From Rhodothermales bacterium (GTDB taxonomy: Bacteria > Bacteroidota > Rhodothermia > Rhodothermales > JANQRZ01), in NCBI GenBank assembly GCA_965215145.1, contig OZ244038.1, forward strand, positions 956,579 through 1,020,578: a stretch of DNA of 64,000 nt, read 5' to 3'. The notes under the pieces were generated by a model. It made no database searches, was not told the DNA's origin, and saw only the letters and a list, made by a program, of their open reading frames with translations. Made by a program: the position numbers and the translations under genes. Numbering within the stretch: position 1 is the stretch's first letter; each line of letters begins with the position of its first letter. Positions 1-8,132 of this stretch are shown here, piece after piece.

Positions 1-396
1 GCGGAGCTGGCCGCGAAGGGGCGTGCCGTGCCCGAGGAGTGGGCCGGCCGCCACGTCCTCCGCTACGAGCTCCGCCTCAAGCGGCAGCTCTCGCGGGAGT
101 TCGGCCGGACTGTGCGGGCCGCGGACCTCGCCGAGCCCGCCTTCCACAACGGCCTCGTCGAGCGCTGGCGGGACCGGTACGCCACGGTCCGCACCCGCCG
201 GCCGCTCCGGCTCCTCCGCGCCACGGGGACCCGCGAGCTCCGCGACGCCCTCGCCCTCCGCGGCGTCGAGGCCGAAGGCGGCCCGCACGCCGTGCGCGCG
301 GCCATCGACGCCGCGCGCGCCTCGGGCACGGTCGAGGCGGTCCCGGCCTCGCGGATGCGGTCGTGCTCCGGGGGCTCACGGCCTCGCCCGCGCTGA
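1..396 (+). CDS. 3' part of a mobile-element protein, possibly a replication-initiation (Rep)-type protein. The 5' end lies outside the window and the gene is probably frameshifted.
   Basis: Open from the window edge with strong third-position GC bias (..HVLRYELRLKRQLSREFG..). After about position 340 the coding-like signal moves to the frame of ORF 39..467 (..LTEESDLVAELGRAVEEAAARSMA*). The functional call rests only on weak motif resemblance. Confidence 0.35.
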   Translation, partial: AELAAKGRAVPEEWAGRHVLRYELRLKRQLSREFGRTVRAADLAEPAFHNGLVERWRDRYATVRTRRPLRLLRATGTRELRDALALRGVEAEGGPHAVRAAIDAARASGTVEAVPASRMRSCSGGSRPRPR

Positions 397-506
397 CGGA
401 GGAGTCCGACCTCGTCGCCGAGCTCGGGCGCGCCGTCGAGGAGGCCGCGGCCCGGTCGATGGCCTAGCTCGCTCATCCCACCACGCCCTACAAACACATC
501 CACGTC

Positions 507-782
507 ATGCCCAACTTCGACTACTACGCCGTTCACCGCGGCCGCAACCCCGGCGTCTACGCCACCTGGCCCGCCTGCAAGGAGCAGGTCGAGGGAATCG
601 ACGGCGCCGCTTGGCACGGCTTCCACGACCTCCAGGCCGCCCGCCGCTTCGCACGGACGGGGCGGTATTCCCCGGGCGACCTCGAGCGCACGGTCGAGAT
701 CCGCGTCGGCCACGAGGTCGCCCACCACGCGCTCACGCCCGAGGTCGAGCGTGCCCTCCGCGAGGGCGGCCTCCTCCCCTGA
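507..782 (+). CDS. Stand-alone RNase H1 N-terminal / caulimovirus viroplasmin (Cauli_VI-like) hybrid-binding domain protein, 91 aa
   Basis: The N-terminus YYAVHRGRNPGVYATWPACKEQVEGIDGAAWHGFHDLQAARRF matches the YYAV-x-GR-x-x-GIY-x-W-x-E-x-x-x-V-x-G...K-x-F...A-x-x-F pattern of this domain. No RNase H catalytic domain follows. Confidence 0.7.
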   Translation: MPNFDYYAVHRGRNPGVYATWPACKEQVEGIDGAAWHGFHDLQAARRFARTGRYSPGDLERTVEIRVGHEVAHHALTPEVERALREGGLLP

Positions 783-840
783 CCCCTCCGTGTACCGCGG
801 TACACACCACACCGAACCCAAACCACCAACACCCAGCGCC

Positions 841-2211
841 ATGAAGGACAAACTTAACCCGACCGAACAGAAGACGCTCAACCGCCACGAGCGCGCCATC
901 CGCGCCGCGCGTAAGGCGTGGCTCGCCATCGGCCTCGCCCTCGCCGCCATCCTCGACGGCCGCCTCTACCGCGCCTCCCACCGCAGCTTCGAGGCCTACG
1001 CCGAGGACCGGTGGGAGCTCTCCCGCCGCCGGGCCTACCAGTTCGTCGACGGCGCCCGCGTCGCCGAGCGCCTCACGGCCGCCGGCCTCCCCGCCCCGGA
1101 GTGCGAGCGCCACGCCCGCCCCCTCACGAAGCTCGATGCGGCCGACGCCGAGCGCGTCTGGCGCGCCGTTCTCGCTCCCTCAGGAGACGTGGGGCAGGTG
1201 ACGGCCGAGCGCGTGACGTACGCGGTCAAGGAAATCGAGGAGGGTCGCCGGTCCCAGGACACGGAGTCCGGCGGCCGCCTCTTCCTCTCCGCCGAGGCCG
1301 AGGCCGAGATCGCCGCCGCCCGCGAGGCCGCGACGACGGGCCGCCCCCGCGCGGCCGCCCCCCTCGTCGCCGTACCCCCACCGTCCTACGACGGGGCCCC
1401 GGACGGCTCCGGCCCTGTCCTCGTCCCGGCTCGCCACGTCGCGGGGGCGCTGGATCTCGAGACGATCCACGACCTCCGCGACGCCTTCGAGGCGCACTAC
1501 CGCGCGGCCGGGAAGCGGGGGCCCACGCTGAACCCGACGAACGAGCACGTCGGGTGGACGCTGTGGACGCTGAACCCGACGACGGGCTGCACGTGGGACT
1601 GCCCGTTCTGCTACGCCCGCGAGATCGCGGAGCTCCGCTACCCCCAGGGGTTCGCCCCCACCGTCCACCCCGAGCGGCTCCTCGCCCCGGCGAACACCCG
1701 CATCCCCGAGGCGCTCCGGGACGACCCCGCCGCGCGCCGGGTCTTCCTCGGCTCGCAGACGGACTGGATGGACCCCAGCTTCGGGGACGACGTGATCCAG
1801 GCTGAACTCGACATGTGCCGGGCGAACCCGGAGTGGGAGTTCCTGACGCTGACGAAGCAGCCCGCACGGCTGAAGGACTTCGAGTTCCCGCCGAACGTGT
1901 GGGTCGGGGTGACGGTGACGCGGCAGGGGCAGGTGCGGGCGATGGAGGAGGCCCTCGCCGAGGTCGAGGCCGCCGTGCGGTGGGTCTCGTTCGAGCCGCT
2001 CCACGGGTCCGTCGCGCTCTCGCGGCCGGAGCTCATCGACCTCTTCGTGATCGGGGCGGAGCGGAAGACGGCGCAGCGGAAGTCGGTGAAGGCGACGGAG
2101 GCAGCGTGGGTGGACGCGCTCCGGCTGCAGGCGCGGGCCGTGGGCGCGGCGGTGTGGGAGAAGGACAACCTCCGGGTCCACCTCCGGGAGATGCCCGAGC
2201 CGCGGCGGTGA
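841..2211 (+). CDS. Phage Gp37/Gp68 family (DUF5131) protein with an N-terminal extension of about 200 aa
   Basis: The C-terminal half reads WTLNPTTGCTWDCPFCYA (CX3CX2C) ...FLGSQTDWMDP...EWEFLTLTKQP...VWVGVTV...VSFEPL, typical of DUF5131. The N-terminal part (SFEAYAEDRWELSRRRAYQFVDGARVAERL) looks like an HTH/ParB-associated DNA-binding region. I chose the ATG at 841 over the ORF-track start at 751, which overlaps the previous gene. Confidence 0.8.
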   Translation: MKDKLNPTEQKTLNRHERAIRAARKAWLAIGLALAAILDGRLYRASHRSFEAYAEDRWELSRRRAYQFVDGARVAERLTAAGLPAPECERHARPLTKLDAADAERVWRAVLAPSGDVGQVTAERVTYAVKEIEEGRRSQDTESGGRLFLSAEAEAEIAAAREAATTGRPRAAAPLVAVPPPSYDGAPDGSGPVLVPARHVAGALDLETIHDLRDAFEAHYRAAGKRGPTLNPTNEHVGWTLWTLNPTTGCTWDCPFCYAREIAELRYPQGFAPTVHPERLLAPANTRIPEALRDDPAARRVFLGSQTDWMDPSFGDDVIQAELDMCRANPEWEFLTLTKQPARLKDFEFPPNVWVGVTVTRQGQVRAMEEALAEVEAAVRWVSFEPLHGSVALSRPELIDLFVIGAERKTAQRKSVKATEAAWVDALRLQARAVGAAVWEKDNLRVHLREMPEPRR

Positions 2212-2482
2212 GGGCACCCCGCCGGCCGGCCGGCGTCGGTGCACGGGGGGCGGGGCGCCGGGGGCGAAGGGAGCCCCGGCTCTCGCCTCCTCAGCGGCCC
2301 CAGGAGCCCCGATACAGCCTCCTCCGGGTCACACACACAAAGGGCAGCGGGCGGCGGCGGCCACAGGGCCGCTGAGGGCGCCGAGGTCGGAAGGCGAGGA
2401 GAGGCGAGGATCGCGCCGGTCGTCCTGATCGTCGCCCCTACCTGAGGCTGACGTACTGCAGGGGCGCGCCTCCTCAGCCCCC

Positions 2483-2823
2483 TCAGAGCTGCTTCCACGC
2501 CCACGCCGGCAGCGTGAGCGGGAGGGCGTCGTCCCCGTAGCACGGCCACTCGCCCGTCGCCTCGCACCGCGCGTACGTCCGCAGCGGCTCCTCGACCTGC
2601 CGCTACCCCGCCCGCAGCGCCTCGTCCTCCACGGCGTAGACGGCCACCCCGAACGGCGGCTCCTTCTCCGCCGCCACCACGAGGACCTCCCGCACCGCGA
2701 GCCCGAGGTGCTCCAGGGCGTGGGCGTAGAGGGCGAGCTGGCGGAAGTACCCGTAGTTCCACGCCGCGCGCTCGAAGGCGTCGGCCGAGGCGTCCCGGCT
2801 CGTCTTGAGGTCGACGAGGGCAC
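2483..2823 (-). pseudogene. Remnant of a PD-(D/E)XK (DUF3799 / RecE-like exonuclease) gene. It is 5'-truncated and has an in-frame TAG.
   Basis: My translation of the minus strand gives ..LVDLKTSRDASADAFERAAWNYGYFRQLALYAHALEHLGLAVREVLVVAAEKEPPFGVAVYAVEDEALRAG*RQVEEPLRTYARCEATGEWPCYGDDALPLTLPAWAWKQL*. It has the D-x-K and Y-x-x-Q-x-A-x-Y motifs, an in-frame stop at 2603..2605, and no N-terminal half or start codon. Confidence 0.6.
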
Positions 2824-2894
2824 CGCGACCAGGTGCGATAGTAGCCGTCTATAGTCTCAGGGTCGGCGAGGGCGTCAGAGGCGGCTGTCTGTTG

Positions 2895-2930
2895 CGGACA
2901 CGGATGTCCGGTATCGCTCGTCTACATCCG
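2895..2930. promoter_or_regulatory. Overlapping inverted repeats upstream of the WYL regulator gene (candidate operator)
   Basis: CGGACA(2895..2900)/TGTCCG(2905..2910) and CGGATGT(2901..2907)/ACATCCG(2924..2930) lie 14-50 bp upstream of the ATG at 2944. The operator function is inferred. Confidence 0.3.
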
Positions 2931-2943
2931 TAACCTCTGAGCT

Positions 2944-3927
2944 ATGACTGCGACCCGCCGCGCCCTTCTCGACCTCCTTGCTGCCCGCTCGGGACAGACA
3001 CAGACCGAGTTGGCCAAGCGGGCCAGGGTGTCAACCCGCACGGCCCGCCGTCACCTCAGGGCGCTGGTGAAGGAGGGAACGGTCCTCGTCGAGGCCGACG
3101 GTCCGGCCTGCCGCTACCACCTCGCTCCCCACGCTTCACCCGCCGCTCCGCTCCCGCCCCTCACGGAGGGGGAGGCCGAGGCGCTCTCCGTCGCCGCCCT
3201 CGCCGCGAGGCCCCTGCTGGCGCCGACGCCGCTCGCACCGGCCCTCGACGCCGCAGCGGCCAGGCTCCGCCGGGCCTGGCTCGCCGACGTCTTCTCGTTT
3301 GAGCCCGAGGCGGAGGCTGCCCTCTGGAGCTTCGACGGCGCCGCGGGCGGGGAGACGCCCCCGGCCGCGGCCACCCTCTTCCGCGACCTCCTCCGTGCCG
3401 TCCGCGACCAGAACCCCATCATCGCCGACTACTTCACGGCGAGCCGGGGCGTGCTCTCGCGGGGTCGGCGGCTCCACCCGCTCGGCTTCCTCGTCCGCAA
3501 TGGGGCGTGGATCGTCGCTGCGTACGACCCGGCGAAGGGGAGGCCGCTCGACTTCGCCCTCGCGGGCTTCCGCGCCGTCACGCGGCTGGAGGACGAGCAC
3601 GCGCCCCGCCCCGAGGGCTTCGACCTTCACGCCTACGCCCGCGACCGCTTCGGCGCCCTCGCCGGTGACGCCGTTCACGAGGTCCGCCTCCTCGTTGAGG
3701 TGGAGGCCGTCCCGTACTTCGAGCGGAAGACGTACAACCCCACGCAGCAGATCGAGGAGCGGCGCTTGGACGGTCGGGCGGTAGTGTCGTTCGAGGTGGA
3801 GGGGCTGGAGTCCGTGGCGTCGTGGTGCCTCTCGTGGGGGCCGAAGCTGCGGGTGCTGGCGCCGACGGAGCTGGCCGCGCGCGTGGCGGAGGCGCACCGG
3901 GAGGCCGCGGCCCGCTACGCCACCTAA
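2944..3927 (+). CDS. HTH + WYL domain transcriptional regulator (YafY-like), cas-associated
   Basis: The N-terminal winged-HTH reads LLDLLAARSGQTQTELAKRARVSTRTARRHLRALVKEG. The central WYL-like block reads RRLHPLGFLVRNGAWIVAAYDPAKGRPLDFALAGFRAV. The gene sits directly upstream of and co-directional with cas1. Confidence 0.8.
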   Translation: MTATRRALLDLLAARSGQTQTELAKRARVSTRTARRHLRALVKEGTVLVEADGPACRYHLAPHASPAAPLPPLTEGEAEALSVAALAARPLLAPTPLAPALDAAAARLRRAWLADVFSFEPEAEAALWSFDGAAGGETPPAAATLFRDLLRAVRDQNPIIADYFTASRGVLSRGRRLHPLGFLVRNGAWIVAAYDPAKGRPLDFALAGFRAVTRLEDEHAPRPEGFDLHAYARDRFGALAGDAVHEVRLLVEVEAVPYFERKTYNPTQQIEERRLDGRAVVSFEVEGLESVASWCLSWGPKLRVLAPTELAARVAEAHREAAARYAT

Positions 3928-3946
3928 CTTCAGACGCCAACGCCCG

Positions 3947-4975
3947 ATGAAGCCGAACAAGCCGCCCGTGATGCCGCTCCGCAACCGGATCTCCGTGTTC
4001 GCAGTGGAGCGGGGGAACGTCGAGGTGGACGGGCAGGCCCTCGTCGTCACGGACGTCCGCGGCGTGCGGGCACAGCTCCCCGTTGGGGCCTCGGCCGTGC
4101 TGATGCTGGAGCCGGGCACGACGATCACGCACGCCGCCGTCAAGCTCTGCGCCGAGAACCGGACGCTCATCATCTGGACGGGGGAGGCCGGCGTCCGCCT
4201 CTACAGCGCCGGGCAGGAGGGGGCGGCCCACTCGTATCGCCTCCTCCGGCAGGCCCGCCTCGCCCTCGACCCGAAGAGCCGGCTGGCCGTCGCCCGCGAG
4301 ATGTACCGGGTGCGGTTCTACGAGGAGCCCCCGCAGAAGCGCTCCATCGAGCAGCTCCGCGGGATGGAGGGCGCCCGCGTCCGCGCCACCTACCGCCGCC
4401 TCGCCGAGGAGTACGGCGTCGTGTGGGAGGGGCGTAACTACGACCGCTCGGACTGGGGGAGCCAGGACCCCGTGAACCGGGCCCTCTCCGCGGCGAACGC
4501 CTGCCTCTACGGGGTCTGCCACGCCGCCATCCTCATCGCGGGCTACAGCGCCGCGCTCGGGTTCATCCACACGGGCTACCCCCTCGCGTTCGTCCACGAC
4601 CTCGCCGACCTCTACAAGATGGAGCTCGCCGCGCCGACGGCGTTCCGCCTCGCGGCTGAGGACGAGGGCAACCTCGGCATGCGCGTCCGCCACGCCCTCC
4701 GCGACGGGTTCCGCCGCGTCAAGCTCCTGGAGGGGCTCATCCCCGGCATCGAGTCGCTCCTCGACGCAGGGGAGGGCGGGGCCGGGATGCCGGAGGAGCT
4801 GGGCGGGTGCCGGGTCGAGACGGCCGCGCCCGAGGACGCGCCGTGGCAGCGGAAGCCGCGCCTCCCGGACGCCCGCGCCGTCGCCGCCGAGCTCCACGGC
4901 GACCGCCCGCCCACGCCGCCGCGCCCGAAGCCGCCCTCGCCCCTCGACGACGCCGACGACGGCCTGCCCTTCTGA
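3947..4975 (+). CDS. cas1: CRISPR-associated endonuclease Cas1, type I-E, with a C-terminal Pro-rich extension
   Basis: PLRNRISVFAVERGNVEVDGQALVV...PVGASAVLMLEPGTTITHAAVKLCAENRTLIIWTGEAGVRLYSAG is collinear with E. coli Cas1e (YgbT). The product is 342 aa. Confidence 0.95.
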   Translation: MKPNKPPVMPLRNRISVFAVERGNVEVDGQALVVTDVRGVRAQLPVGASAVLMLEPGTTITHAAVKLCAENRTLIIWTGEAGVRLYSAGQEGAAHSYRLLRQARLALDPKSRLAVAREMYRVRFYEEPPQKRSIEQLRGMEGARVRATYRRLAEEYGVVWEGRNYDRSDWGSQDPVNRALSAANACLYGVCHAAILIAGYSAALGFIHTGYPLAFVHDLADLYKMELAAPTAFRLAAEDEGNLGMRVRHALRDGFRRVKLLEGLIPGIESLLDAGEGGAGMPEELGGCRVETAAPEDAPWQRKPRLPDARAVAAELHGDRPPTPPRPKPPSPLDDADDGLPF

Positions 4976-4978
4976 GCG

Positions 4979-5290
4979 ATGGTAGTCTACAGCCTCACGA
5001 ACGCACCGCAGCGCACGCGCGGCCTCCTCTCGCGGTACTGCCTGGAGGTACGGGCCGGCCTCTTCGTCGGCCGCCTCGACAAGCGGATGCGGCTGAAGCT
5101 GTGGGCGGCCGTCGTCGAAGGCGCCGGCGCAAAGACGACGGCGGTGATGGCGTGGAGCCGCCCGACGGCGCAGGGCTACGCCTTCAAGAGCTTCGGCCCC
5201 GCCGCCTGCGCGCCCGTCCGCTACGACGGCCTCTGGCTCGTCGCGGAGAAGACCACACCGAAGCAGCGCCCCGCCTCCGATGCCTCCTGA
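4979..5290 (+). CDS. cas2: CRISPR-associated endoribonuclease Cas2, type I-E
   Basis: MVVYSLTNAPQRTRGLLSRYCLEVRAGLFVGRLDKRMRLKLW...AVMAWSRPTAQGYAFKSFG...YDGLWLV is collinear with E. coli Cas2e (YgbF). The gene starts 3 nt after the cas1 stop. Confidence 0.9.
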   Translation: MVVYSLTNAPQRTRGLLSRYCLEVRAGLFVGRLDKRMRLKLWAAVVEGAGAKTTAVMAWSRPTAQGYAFKSFGPAACAPVRYDGLWLVAEKTTPKQRPASDAS

Positions 5291-8126
5291 GCACCTCCTC
5301 TACCGCCTCTGGGCTAAGACCAACGACTACGAGCGCCAGCAGGCCGAGCGCCGCGGTGAACCCGTGCCCGAGTGGACGCGCCACCCGCTCCCGCTCCACC
5401 TCCTCGATGTTGGCCTCGTCGCCGAGGCGTGGCTGGAGGCGGACCCGCACCTCCTCGACCGCTTCTGCGCCCTCTGGCCCGCGGCCGACCGCGAGGCCAT
5501 TCGCCGCGCCCTCGTCCTCACGGCCGCCGCGCACGACGTGGGGAAGGTGTACCCGGAGTTTCAGGTGAAGTCCGAGCCGGGATGGGCGCACGGCTACGGC
5601 GACGCCGGCCTCGTGCGAGTGGACGGCGCCGGTTTCGACCACGGGGCGGGGACCGCGCGGATCTTCGGGGCGCTCTTCGGGGGCCGCTACGGCGCGGCAG
5701 AGGGCGTGGACCCGAATTGGGAGCCGCTCCTCCCGCTCATTCGCGTCGGAGCCGGCCACCACGGCACGCTCTACGCCGACCTCCCGCCGGACCCCGACAC
5801 ACTCGCCGCGCGCCGCCTCGCGCTCATCCTGGCGCTGCTGGACGAGCTCGCCCACCACTGCGGGCCGCCGCTGCCGCTGCCGCCGGACCCGCCCGCGGCC
5901 TTCCTCCTCCTCACCGCCGGCTTCGTCTCCGTCGCCGACTGGTTCGGCTCGAACACGGACTCCTTCCCGCCCGGCCCCGAGGTCACGAGCCGGACCGAAG
6001 CCGACGCCTACCTCGCCCACCACCACGACGGCGAGACCGTGATAACGGCGCTCCGCAGCGCCGGCCTCCTCGCGGGGTTCGACGCGCCGGCCGGGTTCGC
6101 GGAGCTGCTGAGTCCGGAGGGTGAGCGGTGGGAGCCGCGCCCCGGCTTCCAGGCGGAGGCGTGCGCCGTCCCCTTCGGCGCCGAGGCCGGGCCGGAGATC
6201 GCCGTCATCGAGGCGCCGATGGGGCTGGGCAAGACGGAGATCGCCCTCTACCTCGCGGCGCAGGCGCTCGGCCGCGGCACGGCCTCGGGGCTCTACTTCG
6301 CCCTCCCGACGCAGGCGACCTCGAACGCCCTCTTCGAGCGGGTCGAGCGCTACGCCGAGCGCGTCAAGGGGGACGGCGACCTCGCCCTCGTCCTTGCCCA
6401 CGGCGCCAAGCGCTACTTCAAGGAGTACCGCCGCCTCCGTGCCCAAACCGGCCGGACCGTCTTCGACCGCGCCCGTCGCGCTGAGCACGACGACCCGAAT
6501 CCGCCCTCCGAGGTCGTCGCGCCGTCGTGGGTGCAGCCGTCGAAGCGGGCGCTGCTGGCTCCCGTCGGGCTCGGCACGATAGACCAGGCGCTGCTCGGGG
6601 CGATGGCCGTCAAGCACGGGTTCGTCCGGTTGTTCGGGCTGGCCCGGAAGGTCGTCGTCCTCGACGAGGTCCACGCCTACGACGCTTACATGGGCGTCCT
6701 GCTGGAGCACCTCCTCCGCTGGCTCGGCGCCCTCGGCGCGAAGGTCGTCCTTCTCTCAGCGACGCTCCCGAGCGGGCTCCGGCGGAAGCTCCTTGAGGCG
6801 TACGGCGTCGAGGACGTGCCCGAGGCCGATGGGTACCCGCAGCTCCTCCACGCGCCCCCGAGCGGCCCCGTCGCCGTCCTCACCGATCCAGCGCCGGAGA
6901 AGGCGGAGCAGAAGCCGGTGACGGTCGAGCCCGTCGAGGCCGCTGGCGACGCGGAGGCGCGGACGGCGGCGGGCGTGACGTGGGTTCGGGAGAAGGTGGG
7001 GGAGGGCGGGTGCGTCGCCTGGATTCGGAACACCGTCCGCGAGGCGCAGGCGGCCTACGAAGCCCTCCGCGCGGCCGGCGTCGAGGCCGACCTCCTCCAC
7101 GCCCGGTTCACCCGGCACGACCGGAACCAGAAGGAGGAGGAGCTGCTGGAGCGCTTAGGCAAGCCCGCGCCGGAGAACCCGAAGCGCCCGGCCGCCCGCG
7201 TCGTCGTCGCCACGCAGGTGATCGAGCAGAGCGTGGATGTGGACTTCGACGCGATGCTCTCGGACCTCGCCCCGGTGGACCTTCTCCTCCAGCGGGCCGG
7301 CCGCCTCTGGCGCCACGACCGCGGAGGCCGCCGCCACGGCCACACTAAACCCTTCCTCGGCGTGCTCATGCCCGACGCTGCCGGCCACGCCCGCCTCGAC
7401 TTTGGCACGAGCGTCTACGTCTACGACGCCGACACCCTCGCCCGCAGCGCCTGCCTCGTCCGCGAGCACCCGACGTGGACGCTGCCGGCCGCCTGCCGCA
7501 CCCTCGTCGCCGACCTCTACGACCGCGACGAGACGTACTGGACGCACGAGCGGATGGGCGTGGACGCCGACGCCCTCGCCCGCGCCCGCGAGCGCTTGGC
7601 CGAGCGAAGGCGGACGATGGAGAGCGTCGCCCGGCGAACGCTCCTCACCCCGCCCGACCAGATGCCCGTCACGCGGAAACCCCGCAATGACCGCAGCGAC
7701 GCCGGCGAGTACGTCGCCCTCACGACGCGCTACGGCGCCCACACCGCCGCCGCCGTCCTCTTCCGCCCGAGCCCGGCCGGGCCGGTGCCGCTCGGCCACG
7801 ACGGTGGGCCGCTCGCGGTCCCCTCGGAGGACAACTACCGCGCCCGCCTCGACGTGGAGGAGGCCGTCGCCCTCGCCTCGGTGAGCTTCCCGTGGTACGG
7901 CGAGCGGCCTGCTGAGTCCGTCCCGCCGCCGGGGCTCGACGCCCTCCACGGCTGGTGGCGCGAGACGCACCCCTACGACGACCGCCTCTTCCTCCTCCTC
8001 GGTTCCGACGGTTCCTTCGAGCACGAATGGGTAGAGGGGCGGTATGATTCCGAGACCGGCCTGACGGTCGCCCGCACCGCCGCCACGCCGCCTGCCCCCG
8101 AGCCCGTCCCCCTTGAGCACATCTAG
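5280..8126 (+). CDS. cas3: Cas3 HD nuclease / SF2 helicase, type I-E
   Basis: N-terminal HD motifs (HPLPLHLLDVG...AAHDVGKVYPEFQ...GAGHHG). Helicase motifs (APMGLGKTE, VVVLDEVHAYD, LLSATLP, VVVATQVIEQSVDVDFD). The ATG overlaps the cas2 stop by 11 nt. Confidence 0.9.
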   Translation: MPPEHLLYRLWAKTNDYERQQAERRGEPVPEWTRHPLPLHLLDVGLVAEAWLEADPHLLDRFCALWPAADREAIRRALVLTAAAHDVGKVYPEFQVKSEPGWAHGYGDAGLVRVDGAGFDHGAGTARIFGALFGGRYGAAEGVDPNWEPLLPLIRVGAGHHGTLYADLPPDPDTLAARRLALILALLDELAHHCGPPLPLPPDPPAAFLLLTAGFVSVADWFGSNTDSFPPGPEVTSRTEADAYLAHHHDGETVITALRSAGLLAGFDAPAGFAELLSPEGERWEPRPGFQAEACAVPFGAEAGPEIAVIEAPMGLGKTEIALYLAAQALGRGTASGLYFALPTQATSNALFERVERYAERVKGDGDLALVLAHGAKRYFKEYRRLRAQTGRTVFDRARRAEHDDPNPPSEVVAPSWVQPSKRALLAPVGLGTIDQALLGAMAVKHGFVRLFGLARKVVVLDEVHAYDAYMGVLLEHLLRWLGALGAKVVLLSATLPSGLRRKLLEAYGVEDVPEADGYPQLLHAPPSGPVAVLTDPAPEKAEQKPVTVEPVEAAGDAEARTAAGVTWVREKVGEGGCVAWIRNTVREAQAAYEALRAAGVEADLLHARFTRHDRNQKEEELLERLGKPAPENPKRPAARVVVATQVIEQSVDVDFDAMLSDLAPVDLLLQRAGRLWRHDRGGRRHGHTKPFLGVLMPDAAGHARLDFGTSVYVYDADTLARSACLVREHPTWTLPAACRTLVADLYDRDETYWTHERMGVDADALARARERLAERRRTMESVARRTLLTPPDQMPVTRKPRNDRSDAGEYVALTTRYGAHTAAAVLFRPSPAGPVPLGHDGGPLAVPSEDNYRARLDVEEAVALASVSFPWYGERPAESVPPPGLDALHGWWRETHPYDDRLFLLLGSDGSFEHEWVEGRYDSETGLTVARTAATPPAPEPVPLEHI

Positions 8127-8132
8127 CCGCCG

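Noticed and set aside
2433-2466. CGCCCCTAC ... CAGGGGCG near 2433..2466, considered as another REP-like palindrome
   Set aside because: The orientation is tail-first, there is no GTAG partner, and only 7 bp pair. I count it at most as a lone half-site, mentioned under the REP finding.
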